Part shown: positions 1 to 12,549 of the stretch, in pieces
Layout: each line of letters opens with the position of its first letter
Numbering within the stretch: position 1 is the first letter of the stretch
From: Vicugna vicugna
Taxonomy: Eukaryota
Length of the DNA stretch: 64,000 nt
NCBI GenBank assembly: GCA_013265495.1
Contig: MU061560.1
Span: 1,054,001 to 1,118,000, forward strand
Reading direction: 5' to 3'
Notes under the pieces: model-generated
Told to the model about the DNA's origin: nothing
What the model saw: the letters and a program-made list of their open reading frames with translations, nothing else
Databases searched by the model: none
Position numbers and translations under genes: made by a program

Positions 1-199
1 GCATGCAACAGGCCAAAAATAAATGATTTCCTTGGGAGCTTAAGGAAAATGGATCAAAGGAGAGGGTGAGGGGAGTATTCATATTTAGTTCACTAAAATG
101 CTTCTAGTTCAATAAGTTATGCTAATGGAAAATTAGAAGATTTTATTTAATGAATTAATCACTGTATGATAGCACATGTAAGTTTCATAGGCAAAGTAA

Positions 200-440
200 C
201 ATAATGAAATAAGCCTGGAATTCGTGTCTTGAAACACTCGATTTCAAATCCCACCTCTGCCATGTTTTAAGTATATGTGAGTGTGTAACTATGTGATGTT
301 GGGGCCAGTTCATTTTTTTGAGGTTATACTTTTTTCATCTAGATAAGGAGAAAAATAACAATCTTTTATTTCATAAAGAATGGAGATAAATACATAAAAT
401 AAGTAGCATAAAATCTGTGCAAGACATTCAATAATTTGTC
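200..440 (+). mobile_element. MIR SINE remnant
   Basis: ttcaaatcccacctctgcca...tttttcatctagataaggagaaaaataa resembles the MIR core. Confidence 0.6.
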
Positions 441-489
441 TTTCTTTCCTTTCTTCCAAATTGCACATTTATCTTTGCCTTCTCTTTGA

Positions 490-750
490 AATTGGGATGT
501 ATCTTACAGGTGGTAAAAGAAACTTGCCAGCCACCAGGGCAAGGAGTAATTTCATTGCCTTTGCTTGTGAGAACTCAGCTTTTTTATAGACATTCCTTTG
601 ACTGTCATCTCAGTGGCGATACTTACACTGATAACTCCACAGGCAACTGAATTTTAAGTTAATTTTGGATTCCTAATTTCCGCTTAAAATGTCTTTGAAA
701 AGATTACATTAGGAAGCAGCATTGAAATGTAAAGTTGTATTGTGTACAGA
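490..750 (+). mobile_element. Tc2/pogo-like (Kanga-type) DNA transposon remnant
   Basis: ttgggatgtatcttaca and aaaatgtctttgaaaagattacattaggaagcagcattgaaatgtaaagttgt resemble the start of the Kanga transposase (MSLKRLH...AALK.KV). Confidence 0.5.
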
Positions 751-1760
751 AGATTACCTGTCACAAGCCAAGTAATTTAAAGACAGGAAAAAAAACCTGC
801 TAAGTCTCTCAGAATAGAACATAGAATTTTTCAAAGCTAGGAGAAGTTGGAGTGACTGATGAGTGTGTCATAAAAAACTTTGTCACTCAGGTGCCTATCA
901 GTGATCTGTCAGAAACTTTTAGATGACTAACAAGAGAAGTGTTTGACTTCCACTGATATATACTTCAACTGAAGATAAAAAAATTAAATAACCTAATAGG
1001 AATTATAAGGAAAAAAACCCAGAATTCTCTAATATGCCTTATTGTCAAGTCCAAAACACATAGAGAGGTGAACAGAAGCTACAGTAACTATGAAACTCTG
1101 TAGTCTCATGCAGCCTTACAGGTTGCTTTTAAATTTTTCTTAAAATTAGATCTATCAGAAGAAATGCAACCCAGCTGATAATGTGATTTCAGGACTTCTA
1201 GAGCTAAGGATGATCTGGAATCATCCATGTTCCCAATGCCCAAGGCCTCCCTTGAACGTCCCGAGACAGACATGGGAATCCAGCAATTACCAGAAAAGGG
1301 AATGTAGTGTTGGGAGTGGTCATTGATGCCTTTTCCAGCCTCAAGAAGACAAATTGCTTGACCCTGAAGGAGATGTTTTGTCAGCACCTGGACTTCCAGA
1401 TGCCCCAAGTCTGCCCTGCAGTGAAGAAGAGGTGTTGAGCTCACATCCTGAAAAGAAGCATCCTGAGGACAAGAGTGGTAACACCAGGGCACATGGCAGC
1501 CTGGAGATGCTGAAAGAGGATCCCTTGAGTGGTCAGCGCAGGACTGAACACTTCTCCATCCCCCTTGATTAGGGGACTGGTGTGTTTCAGGCTCCTGGAA
1601 GTGGAAATAGACAAGCTGAGTATCACTGAAAGGTGCCTGAAGGGGACACAATCTACCCACATAATGTGAAGTGTTTGTGGACAACATGAACCAGAATATT
1701 ATGAGAGTCCTGCAAAGAGCAGATTTTAGAAAATTCTGTTTGGAAAAGCATCTATATCTT
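750..1760 (+). pseudogene. Unidentified degraded coding-like segment, possible retrocopy
   Basis: GC/purine-richer than flanks with protein-like frames broken by stops (LDPEGDVLSAPGLPDAPSLPCSEEEVLSSHPEKKHPEDKSG; LLEVEIDKLSITE). Parent gene not recognised. Confidence 0.3.
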
Positions 1761-2269
1761 ATTTAAAACTTTTTTGCTTACTGTATGTATTCTCAGGCTT
1801 AAATTTTCACCCTTATTTTTGATAACAGTCTTTAGGATCTGAAAAGGTCTTGATGAGAGTGACATGAATAATCTAAAATGATTTGATTTACCCTTTAGGG
1901 TTATAATCTGACATTTCTTTTACTCTTACTTCTTGCCTAAGTATGGACACCACCATAATTTTACCTGATTGTTATGTATGTCTTAAATGATGTGAGTTCT
2001 TGGCAAGAAGATTTCTTGCTGCATTTTTGCACGTGGTTGTTTTTGATGTGTCTTCCCAGTTGATTTCAGTTGAATGTCGGTAATTGACAGAGTGATAACA
2101 TGACAGGTTGGACTTAGTAACTCATTATCTAGTCACTCTTTTCTCCAATAATGTGGTGAATTATTTTCTCTTCTAGCCTAAACTGAACTTAAAGAAGAAC
2201 ATATAGGTTACATTCTCAGTGCTCCTGAGGGCTTCATGGAAGACATGAGCAAATACAAAAACATACGAT

Positions 2270-2610
2270 CTCAGGTCGGAATATTTAATCTTGTGGAAAT
2301 GTCAATTCTCCCAAGTTAACATACAAATTTAAAGTGATCTCAGTAAACGTATCAACAATGTTTCCCTTGCACAACTTATAAAACTGATTCTAAAGTTCAA
2401 ATTTTACATAAATATACGATTACACGTACTATTAAAATATTATAAAGCTTTAATAATGAAAACTACTCATAAATGGTGAAATGAAACCAAATACAAACTC
2501 TAGAAATAGAACCAAATACATATACCAAATTTATAGTAGGGGGTCATTCAGATTTTTAGAGGAAAGATAAATCACTTAGTATAAACAGGGGGACCATGCA
2601 ATGGCTATCT
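2270..2610 (+). mobile_element. Old LINE-1 ORF2 3' remnant
   Basis: aatcttgtggaaatgtcaattctccc...aaaactgattctaaagttca resembles the end of L1 ORF2. Confidence 0.55.
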
Positions 2611-2689
2611 AAAAATTCAATAGCCTGAATAAGGAAGGAACTAACGGGAACAAAAAGGGGAGTGAATCTACTGAGATTATTTTTTCCAC

Positions 2690-2900
2690 ATCACACGCTC
2701 TCTCAATAGCAAATCTCTACCTTTCATCAATTAATACAAAGGTAATTTTACTTTAATTTGTTAGTGGTTCAATCCGTTTCTTCTACTGGAACATATGCTA
2801 TATCCAGGACAGGAACTTTGGGTGATTTGCTAATTGTTTTTTAGCTATACCCTGTCCAATTCATTGCAGGAAATCACTAAGTGTTTGTTGAATAAATGAG
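2690..2900 (+). mobile_element. LINE-2 3' end
   Basis: Ends with actaagtgtttgttgaataaatga, the L2 terminal motif. Confidence 0.55.
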
Positions 2901-3099
2901 AACTAATATAAAAAATCCAATTGCTTCTAGGAGATAGTTTGAAGAAAGAAAACATAAAGTATGTAAATTTAAGTAAAAAATTAGATTCATAATACGATGA
3001 AGTAGGCACTTCTAAGTATTAACTCATTTAACTACAAACTCACTTATTTAACCGCAAATGAACTCATTGAATTCACAAAGTAATTCACCTAATTATTTC

Positions 3100-3260
3100 T
3101 AACAGACTTAGGAGGTAAGAACTTCCGTGACACCCATTTTACAAATGAAGATGTTGAAGGCTAGTAAAGTTAAATGAAGGGTCACAGGATCAGTAAGTGG
3201 CAGAGCTGGAATTCAAACCTCCTGGGTCTATGTTCTTAATCTTTTAAGCTCTGCTGTTCT
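3100..3260 (-). mobile_element. MIR SINE remnant
   Basis: cccattttacaaatgaag...agtaagtggcagagctggaattcaaacc. Confidence 0.7.
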
Positions 3261-3794
3261 GAGACTTTGTAAGTAGAAAAACCTTAGTTTCAATCTATCT
3301 TAACTTGGGAAATGTCAATTCTCTGTTCTAAGCACAGTTATTTATTTTAAGTAAATGGGTTTAAATATAACAACAAGCTCAGGAGGTAAATATAATTTCT
3401 GAGAGCCACAGAAAGGTGAGGTAAATTGATGACTAAATTGGGATTTCTGCTGAGGCAGTCTGGCTTGAGAGAAGGCTCATGAGCTTCTTTCAACCATTAA
3501 GTACATGCTTTAGAGTTGTAAAGCAGTTTCAAGAAATTAAGTAATTCAGGATGCAATACAACCCTAGTTATTCAATTACTTCCTTGTTCTTTCAGCTACA
3601 GTCATCCATTCTATGCTATTTTATTAACTGTGGACCATCCAGATGAAAAAGAAATTCCTTAAAAGCGGGGTGGGGAGGGGAAGTAGATAGAATTTTGGCA
3701 ATGTGCCTGGATGTAACTGACACACTGCCATGCTGGAGACCCTCAGATAGATCTATTCCTTTCTAATCTGTGTTGCTAGCTTTGCTCATTGTTT

Positions 3795-4545
3795 TGGTTA
3801 GAATACTAGGCTATTCTGTAGTAACAATTAAAACCCCCAAATTTCAGTGGTCAAACACAGCCAAGATTTATTTCCTGTTTGTATCACAGTTGAACAAAGC
3901 CTGGTCTTTACCTTTAGACCAAATATTCCTGGCAGATTCCTGGTTTTGATCTTTGCCTGGAAGTCATTTTAAAATTGTATCATCATTTGCCACCTGGGAA
4001 GGCTAGGAAAATTTATAACCAGCAAGTCCTTACTTCTTTGTGTTTAACAGCCTTTCCTTTATCTTGTCTCTCTCGCCTCCCATCTTATTGCAAACAGCAA
4101 AAAGAAACTGGGTAATACTTTCAACACTCTACCTGGAAATTTACTTAGAACAATCACCCCATTGATTTGGGTACATTTTCTACCTTTCACATTATAGAGA
4201 GTGATGGAGTTCTTAAACTTTTTGCCACAGAGAAAATCTTCATTCCTCCAATTTCCAGTAACACTTTTCTTGCACCCCTTTAATCCTTTACCTGTATCCT
4301 CTTCAAGGTTCATCAATAATGTCCTAACAATTTCCTCAGAGCTTTTCAGTGTTTCACTAGCTTTTCCCTCAAAGTCCTTTCTTCCTGATTCCAAAGCCAC
4401 TTCCACATTGAAAATTTTTCTTATAGTAGGACTCCACTTCTAGGTATTGATTTTCTATTGTTGAATAGCAAATTATCTAAAAACTTAAAACAACAATGGG
4501 TAGTTCCTGTGGGTCAGAAATTTGGGAGTGGCTGTTCTGGCGTGT
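3795..4545 (-). mobile_element. MaLR (MLT1-type) LTR and internal fragments
   Basis: MLT-like LTR ends (gtagtaacaattaaaacccccaaatttcagtgg; ctgtgggtcagaaatttgggagtggc). ORF 4059-4406 (MEVALESGRKDFE...VTGNWRNED) resembles MaLR internal sequence. Confidence 0.7.
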
Positions 4546-4547
4546 GG

Positions 4548-5400
4548 TTTCACCTGTAAGAATGGCTATCACCAAAAGTCTACAAATAATAAATGCTGAA
4601 GAGGGTGTGGGGAAAAAGAACCCTCCTACCCTGAGGATGAGAATGGAAATTTGTGCAGTCACTAGGGAAAACAGTATAGAGGGTCCTCAAAAAACTAGAA
4701 ATAGAAGTACCACATGATCCAGCAATTCCACTCCTAGAAAAAAATGAAAACACTAATTCAGAAATATACATGCACCACGGTATTCAGAGCAGCACCATTT
4801 ACAGTAACCAAGACATGGAAGCAACACAAGTGTCTATCAACAGATGACTGGATTAAGAAGATATGATATATGTGTAATGAAATGTTACTCAGCCTTAAAA
4901 AAGAATGAAATGCTGCCATTTGCAGCAGTGTAGATGGACCTAGAAAATATTATGCTTAGTGAAATAATTCAGACAGAGAAAGAAAAGTACTATATGATAT
5001 CATTTATATGTGGAATCTAAAAAATAATATGAAAGAGTATAGATGCAAAACAGAAGCTGACTCACAGATATAGAAAACAAACCTGTGGTTACCAAAGGGA
5101 AGAGGGAAGGGGGGGATACAAATTATGGGTTATCAGATGCAAATCACCATATATAAAATAGGTAAGCAATAAGGATACACTGTACAGCACTGGGGATTAC
5201 ACCATTATCTTGTAATAATTTATAATGCAATATAATCTGCAAAAATACTGAATAACTGTGCTGTACACCTGAAACTAACACATGTTGTAAATCAACCATA
5301 CTTCAATGAAAAAAATTTGAACCTCTCTGTTTTACACCTTACACCAATAATTTTATAAATCAGCTTTACTTTAATAATAAAAAATTAATTAATTAAAAAG
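4548..5400 (+). mobile_element. LINE-1 3' end, followed by a second short L1 tail
   Basis: End of ORF2 and 3' UTR (cacctgtaagaatggctatcacc...ctgaaactaacacatgttgtaaatcaaccatacttcaatgaaaaaaa). Confidence 0.92.
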
Positions 5401-7739
5401 TAAAGATAACAGGAGCTAAATGATATGGTTTATTGAAGTCTATGAATAATAAATGTTTATAATTTATAGATAGAGAATATAACCTTTTCCAAATGGCAAT
5501 AGAATAATTATAAATATTTTACATCATTTAAATAGTGATTTAAAGTTATAGAACACACAAACATTTATAAACTCCAAAAATTCAGGAGTTACTGAGACTA
5601 TATTGATGGACTCTTTTACCTTCTTGCCTCCTTTCCTGCTACTTCTTTCCAGGAGTACTTCAGTGATGGCCGGTGTTCCAGCCTCCATGTTGGAACATTT
5701 GGCAACCATAAGGATGAAATTCATGGATTTAGGACAGCTAAATATAAACAAACGCTAATTACAAAGCAACAGCAATACTAGGCCTGGACTCTCTGTTCAG
5801 GACTTCTTTTAACTGAAAGAAAACTAATCCTATATACATCTAGGCAGGGTTAGTGCTGGGTTCTGCATTTTCTGTCATACGCAGATAAACTTCATTCTTA
5901 CTGGTAGATAATATTGCTACCATTTTGACATTGCCAAGCTCTGACTAAAATTGTCTAAGGTGGTATGGCCCGTAAATGATGTTGTGTATTAAGTAAGATC
6001 TTGTTACAGGAAATGAAGGACTACTCCATCTACTTCACCACGGCCGTGGGTAGATTTGGGACACATCAGTTACACACATAATTCCCCATTTTTGCCATTA
6101 GTTACAATCTCTTCTCACAGCTGCTAAAATGGTCCAGCTTATAAGGCATTACCGCTGCCTTGTGACTTACTTGAAGTGAAGGAATACTGAAACAGTTGTG
6201 AGAGGAGGTGTAAGGACTCTCTGGCTGGAAGTTAGCTGGTGTTTGATTTGTTTCAAAATATAACTTCAGTTTCACTTTAAATAACCGTTTCTATTTTGGC
6301 CAGAATTTACATTCAATAGAAAAACATTTTTCAGAGGTAAATGGAAAAGAAATATATACTTGTTCAAAACCCGTTTTGCAGAGGGGTGTGTGTTGCCATC
6401 TGACTTAACAACAGGTGTTTTTAATTATGAATGTCGTCTCAGTGTTTATGGCATTATCGATGTTCTGGTCTTTCCACATAATGCTCTTGTTTTTTATTTT
6501 AATAAAAACAAATATTACACAGATTACTCATTCATACCATAAAAATATACCTTTTACATAATCTCTCTCTTAACTAACAAATCCAAACACACCACTGAAA
6601 GACAGATTTGAATGAGAATGATGAGAACTGAATAAATTTTTGCTCTGATCTTTCTGACAGTGTTGTAATTAAGCTGCCAAAAGCTAAGAGAAAAAAGAAC
6701 ACATGTGCACACTGTATCTGACTAAAGATTAGCTGTTCAAGGAGAGCATATTTTGTACAACAGATTCAAGGAAGCATTTAAGCATATTTGACCTATAGTT
6801 CAGTGATGGGCAGTGAGACATTTGTCACTGGAAATAGCTGTAATATAGATCCTACTTCACATAGTCTGTCATCTTAGAACTTTGTGTCTGAAAACAATAA
6901 AAATAAAATTAGTGCTATAATGAATACTGCTTTAGAGAAAGTGAAGATTTAAGCTTTTGAGTGACCTCCCTCTTAAGTCTCATGCACCTCGAGGTGTGTG
7001 AGCCGACACCATGATAGAATCTTAGTTGACACCGCTGAGGTCCTGAAGCAGCCACCTTTATTGGTAGGTTAACTGTTTCTCACATTGGGCTCAGAGCCCA
7101 ACAAAGGTTATTAAAAAAAAAAAAGGAAATTTCAATAAAAATGCTAAGATTTTATTATCTGAGGAGCATGCTTACTCTATGGAGCTCATGTTCTGCTAAT
7201 GTTCCTTTACTGTAAATCATACACTTTCAATGAATAGCAAGTTTCATGGGCACTGGTGCCCATTTTTTAATGTTACTAGGAGAGCTAAACTCATAAATGA
7301 AAATTCAGTGATCTAAGGAATGACCATTCGTGCAGACTAAAGCACATGTTTTGATAAGTTTCCACCACTTTTGAAAAGATTTGAATACTCTCAGCATGTT
7401 GTAGCATCAAGGGATTCTTATAACTCATCTTAGAGCGGAGGAGTGATTGCAGGGGTTTGAATTACTTGATTGAACCACTCAGTGCAATTTAAATGAGATA
7501 GTACACTATGTGCTCAGGGACAATTCCTAAACTCTCTCCCCACAAATAGGTTTAAAATTTATGTCAGTGTCTTTCAGACTATAACAGAATACTTTAGCTT
7601 GGTTTTATCAATTCTTCTTACTCAGGTCTTAGCTCTATCACAATCCTAATGATACAGAAATATTATCTCCAAATTTGGAAGTAATTCGCCTTAGCTCTTT
7701 TTACCTTTTAAGATTTTTGACTAGGTAATAAAGAAGAAT

Positions 7740-8150
7740 ATAAAGATGTGCTCAATATCATTAGCCATCAAGCAAATGCAAATTAAAAACACAGTGAGTT
7801 ATTAACGCACACCTTTTAAAATGGCTAAAAATTTAAACATAATAATAACAATACTTGACAATACCAAGTGCCAGGGAGGACGGGGAGCCCTGAAATATAT
7901 TTCACCTTCATATATTGCTGGTGAAAATGCAAAATGGTACAGCCAGTTTAAGAAACAGTTTGCAATTTTTTGTGAAGTTAAACATTCACTTACCTTATAG
8001 CTCAGCATTCCATTCTAGGCATTTACTTCCCCTAAAATGAAAACTTCTATTCATGCAAAAACCTATGTGTGAGAATTTATAGTGACACTAGTCATAATTG
8101 CCCCCAAATGGAAACAACTCAAATGTCCTTCAATTGGCAAAATGTAATAA
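7740..8150 (+). mobile_element. Old LINE-1 3' fragment
   Basis: aagatgtgctcaatatcattagccatcaagcaaatgcaaattaaaa...tggaaacaactcaaatgtccttcaa. Confidence 0.85.
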
Positions 8151-8563
8151 CCTTCCTCAATGCCCCTCACCCCCCAAAATACTTCCAGAATGTTTGGTAT
8201 GTAGTAGGACTCAATAAATGCTGGTTATTAATATTTGAGAAAGTTTATGACAAACTTCTATGGAATATTCTAGGGATTATTTGGAAGAAAGAATAGATCT
8301 TACAGAAAAGTGGGAATAAAGTCAGGCTATCAAAAATGTGTCTTCAGTAGAACTTAGTCTTCTTTTTAAGCTTTTGTATTTTTCTTGATGACACACCGTT
8401 TCTCACCTTGTTTTGGCAGCCTGTGAGCAACTCGGTTTGAATAAATATGTGCAATGCCTTATTTTAGAAATGTGTTAGCAAAGTAATTAATAGATGTAGG
8501 TTCTCTTATTCCATAAAACATGACCTTAAATTTTAAAGGTCTTGAATATATGAAAACTTTCTT

Positions 8564-8821
8564 AGGAGGGAGTACTCCCAGACTCATTCTATGAAGCCAC
8601 CATCACCCTGATACCAAAACCACACAAAGACACTACCAAAAATGAAAATTACAGGCCAGTATCATTGATGAACATAGATGCAAAACTCCTCAACAAAATA
8701 TTAGCAAGCAGAATCCAACAGCACATGAAAAGGATCATACACCATGATCAAGTTGGGTTCATCCCATGCAGACAAGGATGGTTCAGCATATGCAAATCAA
8801 TCAGTGTGATACACCACATCA
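8564..8821 (+). mobile_element. Isolated internal LINE-1 ORF2 (RT-proximal) fragment
   Basis: Uninterrupted frame [67 protein letters not shown]... Confidence 0.95.
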
Positions 8822-9006
8822 GTTTTGAGGGCCATAGTTTTAACCTCCACAGAAACTAAAGCATATGTTTATAGATTTTAATACATTTTTAATTGTCATA
8901 ATTAGTATACTTACATCAAGAATAGCAAAGAAAGGAGAATACATTCATAAGGAAATGGCTCTTTGATACTAATTATAGGTTTATAATGCATAGATGACTG
9001 GTTAAA

Positions 9007-9060
9007 AAAAATCAACCTATGAGTAAGTGTGTGAAAAATCAACCTATGAGTAAATGTGCA
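9007..9060. repeat. Tandem duplication, 27-bp unit x2
   Basis: aaaaatcaacctatgagtaagtgtgtg / aaaaatcaacctatgagtaaatgtgca. Confidence 0.9.
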
Positions 9061-9096
9061 GAACTATGAACATTTCCTTAACTCTTTCTCATATTA

Positions 9097-9667
9097 TGTA
9101 GGTAAGGGGTAGCAGAATATGCCAACCCAAAATATGCCTCTTAGTATAGGGATTGTTTTGAGCTGATTGTTTTGAGAAATAGAACAACAGATAGTGGAGA
9201 AGCTCTGGAAACAGAGTGGAAGTCACCCTTTGGTAAGGGACGTTTATATTTATAAAGAAAATCTCCATTTTGTAAGGGTGTCTTCCTCTTTGTGCCAGGA
9301 TGAGAAGGGTGACTCCATGACAAGAGAATCTTGTCAGTAGAGAAAGCAACAACTTTAATCTGCGTAGCAAAACTTACCCTAGACGACCATGCCTGTCCTG
9401 GTCACCTCCCTATAACTCATCTCCGTCTCCCATCCCTACCCCCAACACCTTTCTTATTTTGTTTTTAGCTGAAGATGGTATTTAAGCTGGAGTTCTAACA
9501 ACTTCATTGAATTACTCATTTTTCCCCTGGGTATATCCCATGTACACATGAGGTACACATGTTAATAACCTTCTGTTTGTTTTTTTCTTGTTAAACTGTG
9601 TTTTATTATGGGGGTGTCAGCCAGGAACTCAGAAGGTTAGAGAGAAAATCATTTTTCCTCCTCTACA
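9097..9667 (+). mobile_element. ERV1 solo LTR (MER34/MER39-like)
   Basis: Begins aggggtagcagaatatgccaacccaaaatatgcc, has a degenerate polyA signal (gttaataacc), and ends tttttcctcctctaca. Confidence 0.8.
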
Positions 9668-10010
9668 ATGTGGTAGTTCAATTTTGAATTTTTTTTGTGG
9701 TATCTTCATGCTGTTTTTGGTAGCAGCTGCACAATTTTGCATTCCCACCAATGTACAAATTTTCCAATTTCTCCATGGCCCTGCCAACACTTACTTTTGT
9801 TTTTTGATAATAGCCATCTTAACTGGTGTGAAATGGTTTGGATTTTCATTTCTCCACTGATTAGCAATGTTGAACATCTTTTCATATACCTGTTGGGCAT
9901 TTCTTCTTTGGAGAAATGTCTGTATGTCTTCTTTGGAGAAATGTCTGTTTTAAGTCCTTTCCAATTTTTAAATCAGGTTATTTGTTTTCCTTTTGAGTTG
10001 TAGGGGTTTG
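9668..10010 (-). mobile_element. LINE-1 3' region fragment
   Basis: tagccatcttaactggtgtgaaatgg...gttgaacatcttttcata...ttctttggagaaatgtct, with an internal ~25-bp duplication near 9902-9947. Confidence 0.88.
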
Positions 10011-11390
10011 GTGTCACATTTTAAACAATCAACTCTTCCACAGCTTCCACAAAAAAGGCATATGATGTTTTTTGATTTGTTTTAATTCAAGAGGTTAATT
10101 TTTAATTAATACTTTCACAGTGAGGTTCATTGTCTCAATTACTTAAAATGGCAGTTCACATTAACATGAAACAAACCCAAATTATACTTTGTTTTGAAAA
10201 ACATACTTTCCTGTTTTCTCCATTTCTATTGTCACTCTTCTTGAAGACTTTGCATGACAAGGACAGTGCTATACATTTATAAAATACCGTTTTTTTTCTT
10301 TCTCTGGGCACACAGAAATACGACATTTTACAAACTCACTTGCAGTTGAATTAGGGCCAAATGATCAGGTCCTGGCCAGTTGCCAAGGTAAGTGGCAGCC
10401 AAGTATGTCCCTTAAAAACAGCTCTCTCTTCTTCTGAGGTGCGGACTTTGGAAACCATATATTACAGAGAGAGCTGCAAGGTAGAAGAGGAGTCATCAAC
10501 TCTCAATGACTTTGCAGTGAGCAAAAAATAATTTTTATTGGATTAACTCATTAAGATTTCAGGGTATTTTTTTTGCTTCTTACTTAAGAATAACTAGTCT
10601 ATGATGACTAATTTAACTCTCAACAAACACTGTTTGCTAAACCTGTATAAAAGTCAATACATAATGAAATTATTAGAAAATTTAAAAAATGTTGTAGAAA
10701 GGGATTTCACAACATGAATCAACATCTCTTCTGGTAGTCATTTCTCCCCAAAATGAGTATTTTGTCAGGTATGAGAATGAATTAAAGCCAGGAAGAAAAA
10801 TTGGTTTTGAAACACAAAAACGTAGATTAGAGAAGTCTAAACATATTTAAGAACATTGAATAAGGCAACATTAGCTGAAATTATATTTAATTATATAGTA
10901 GCAATCTTGGGTTAACAAATTTGAGATATAAATTTTGTGGAGTTGGAATGTTTCATCTTCTTTTTAAAAAAATCTCATCAAGTAGAAGATAAAAATAATA
11001 ATACTGTTATATTAGACAGTTAAACACATCATACTAATAGACTGAGGCAGGAATCTGAGTAATACCCCATAAATGTAACAAAACTAAATACATTTTCAAT
11101 GAAATTTATGATAAGTAAATAGATGACTTTTTGTAATTTTCCCCTTATTAAAAATCATCTGTAGAGCCTGTAAACTGAAAAAACCAATAATGCAGTCATC
11201 AAATTTACTGCATAGATCACTGTGACATTAAATGAAAAAGAAAGAAGTTACAAGTCATTAGAGTGTGCAGTGAAGGGTATCAGAATATGTCACCCCAGAA
11301 CATCTCTTTGCCATATGTATTATTTCAAATATAGGCCATTAAGATATTGTGTGAGTTCTGTTCTCCTTAAATTTATCATATATTAATTTT

Positions 11391-12433
11391 TTGGAAGTTT
11401 TTATCTACATATATGTTATTTGAAGTACAGTCAGTTTACAATACTATGTCAATTTCTGGTGTACAGCACAATGCTTCAGTCATACATGAACATATATGTA
11501 TTAATTTTCATATTCTTTTCACCATAAGATATTGAATGTTGTTCCCTGTGCTATACAGTATGAACTTGTTGTTTATCTATTTTATATATACTAGTTAGTA
11601 TCTGCAAATCTCAAACTCCCAATTTGTCTGTTCCCATCCCCTTCCTCCCTTGGTAACCATAAGTTTGTTTTCTATGTCTGTGAGTCTGTTTCTGTGGAAT
11701 GGGAGAAAATATTTATAAAAGATGAGACTGACAAGGGCTTAATTTCCAGAATATATGAGCAGCCCACATAACTTAATAAACAAACAAACAACCCAATCCA
11801 AAAATGGGCAGAAGACCTAAACAAGCAATTCTCCAAAGAAGGCATGTAAATTGCCAATAGGCACATGAAAAAATACTCAATATTACTAATAATCAGAGAA
11901 ATGCAAATCAAAACTACAATGAGTTATCACCTCACAGCAGTCAGAATGGCCATCATTCAAAAGTCCACAAATGATAAATGCTGGAGAGGCTGTGGAGAAA
12001 ATGGAGCCCTCCTACACTGTTGGTGGGAATGTAGTTTGGTGCAGCTGTTATGGAAAATAGTTTGGAGACTCCTCAAAAGATTAAAAATAGACTTACCATA
12101 TGATCCAGCAATTCCACTCCTGGGCATATATCCAGAAGGAACCTTAATTCAAAAAGATGCATGTACCCGCAGTGTTCATAGCAACACTATTTACAGTAGC
12201 CAAGACATGGAAACAAACTAAATGTCCATCAACAGATGACTGGATAAAGAAGATGTGGTATATTTATACAACGGAATACTATTCAGCCATAAAAACTGAC
12301 AACATAATGCCATTTGCAGCAATAGGGATGTTCCTGGAGAATGCCATTCTAAGTGAAGTAAGCCAGAAAGAGAAAGAAAAATACCATATAATATCCTGTA
12401 TCTATGGAATCTAAAAAAAAGGGCAAACTTCTC
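11391..12433 (-). mobile_element. 5'-inverted (twin-primed) LINE-1
   Basis: Minus-strand L1 3' terminus (about 11415-11695) joined to plus-strand upstream L1 sequence (11696-12420). Candidate TSD tcat(a/g)tattaatttt at 11376-11390 and 12434-12448. Confidence 0.85.
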
Positions 12434-12549
12434 TCATGTATTAATTTTAATCACATATTTTTTAGTTTCTACTTTTCTACTGTCTATGATCTTGTTATTT
12501 ATTCCTCTACTTTATTTTTCGTTCCAGTTCTCATTTTAACTCTCTTTCA

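Noticed and set aside
1380..1398. REST/RE1 site (tcagcacctggac)
   Set aside because: Wrong half-site spacing and incomplete right half.
1106..1687. 193-aa minus-strand ORF as a gene
   Set aside because: Non-ATG start, no recognisable domain, Cys/His/Ser-rich; probably the antisense shadow of the plus-strand coding-like segment.
4059..4406. 115-aa ORF as a host gene
   Set aside because: Derived from MaLR internal sequence; no splice or promoter context.
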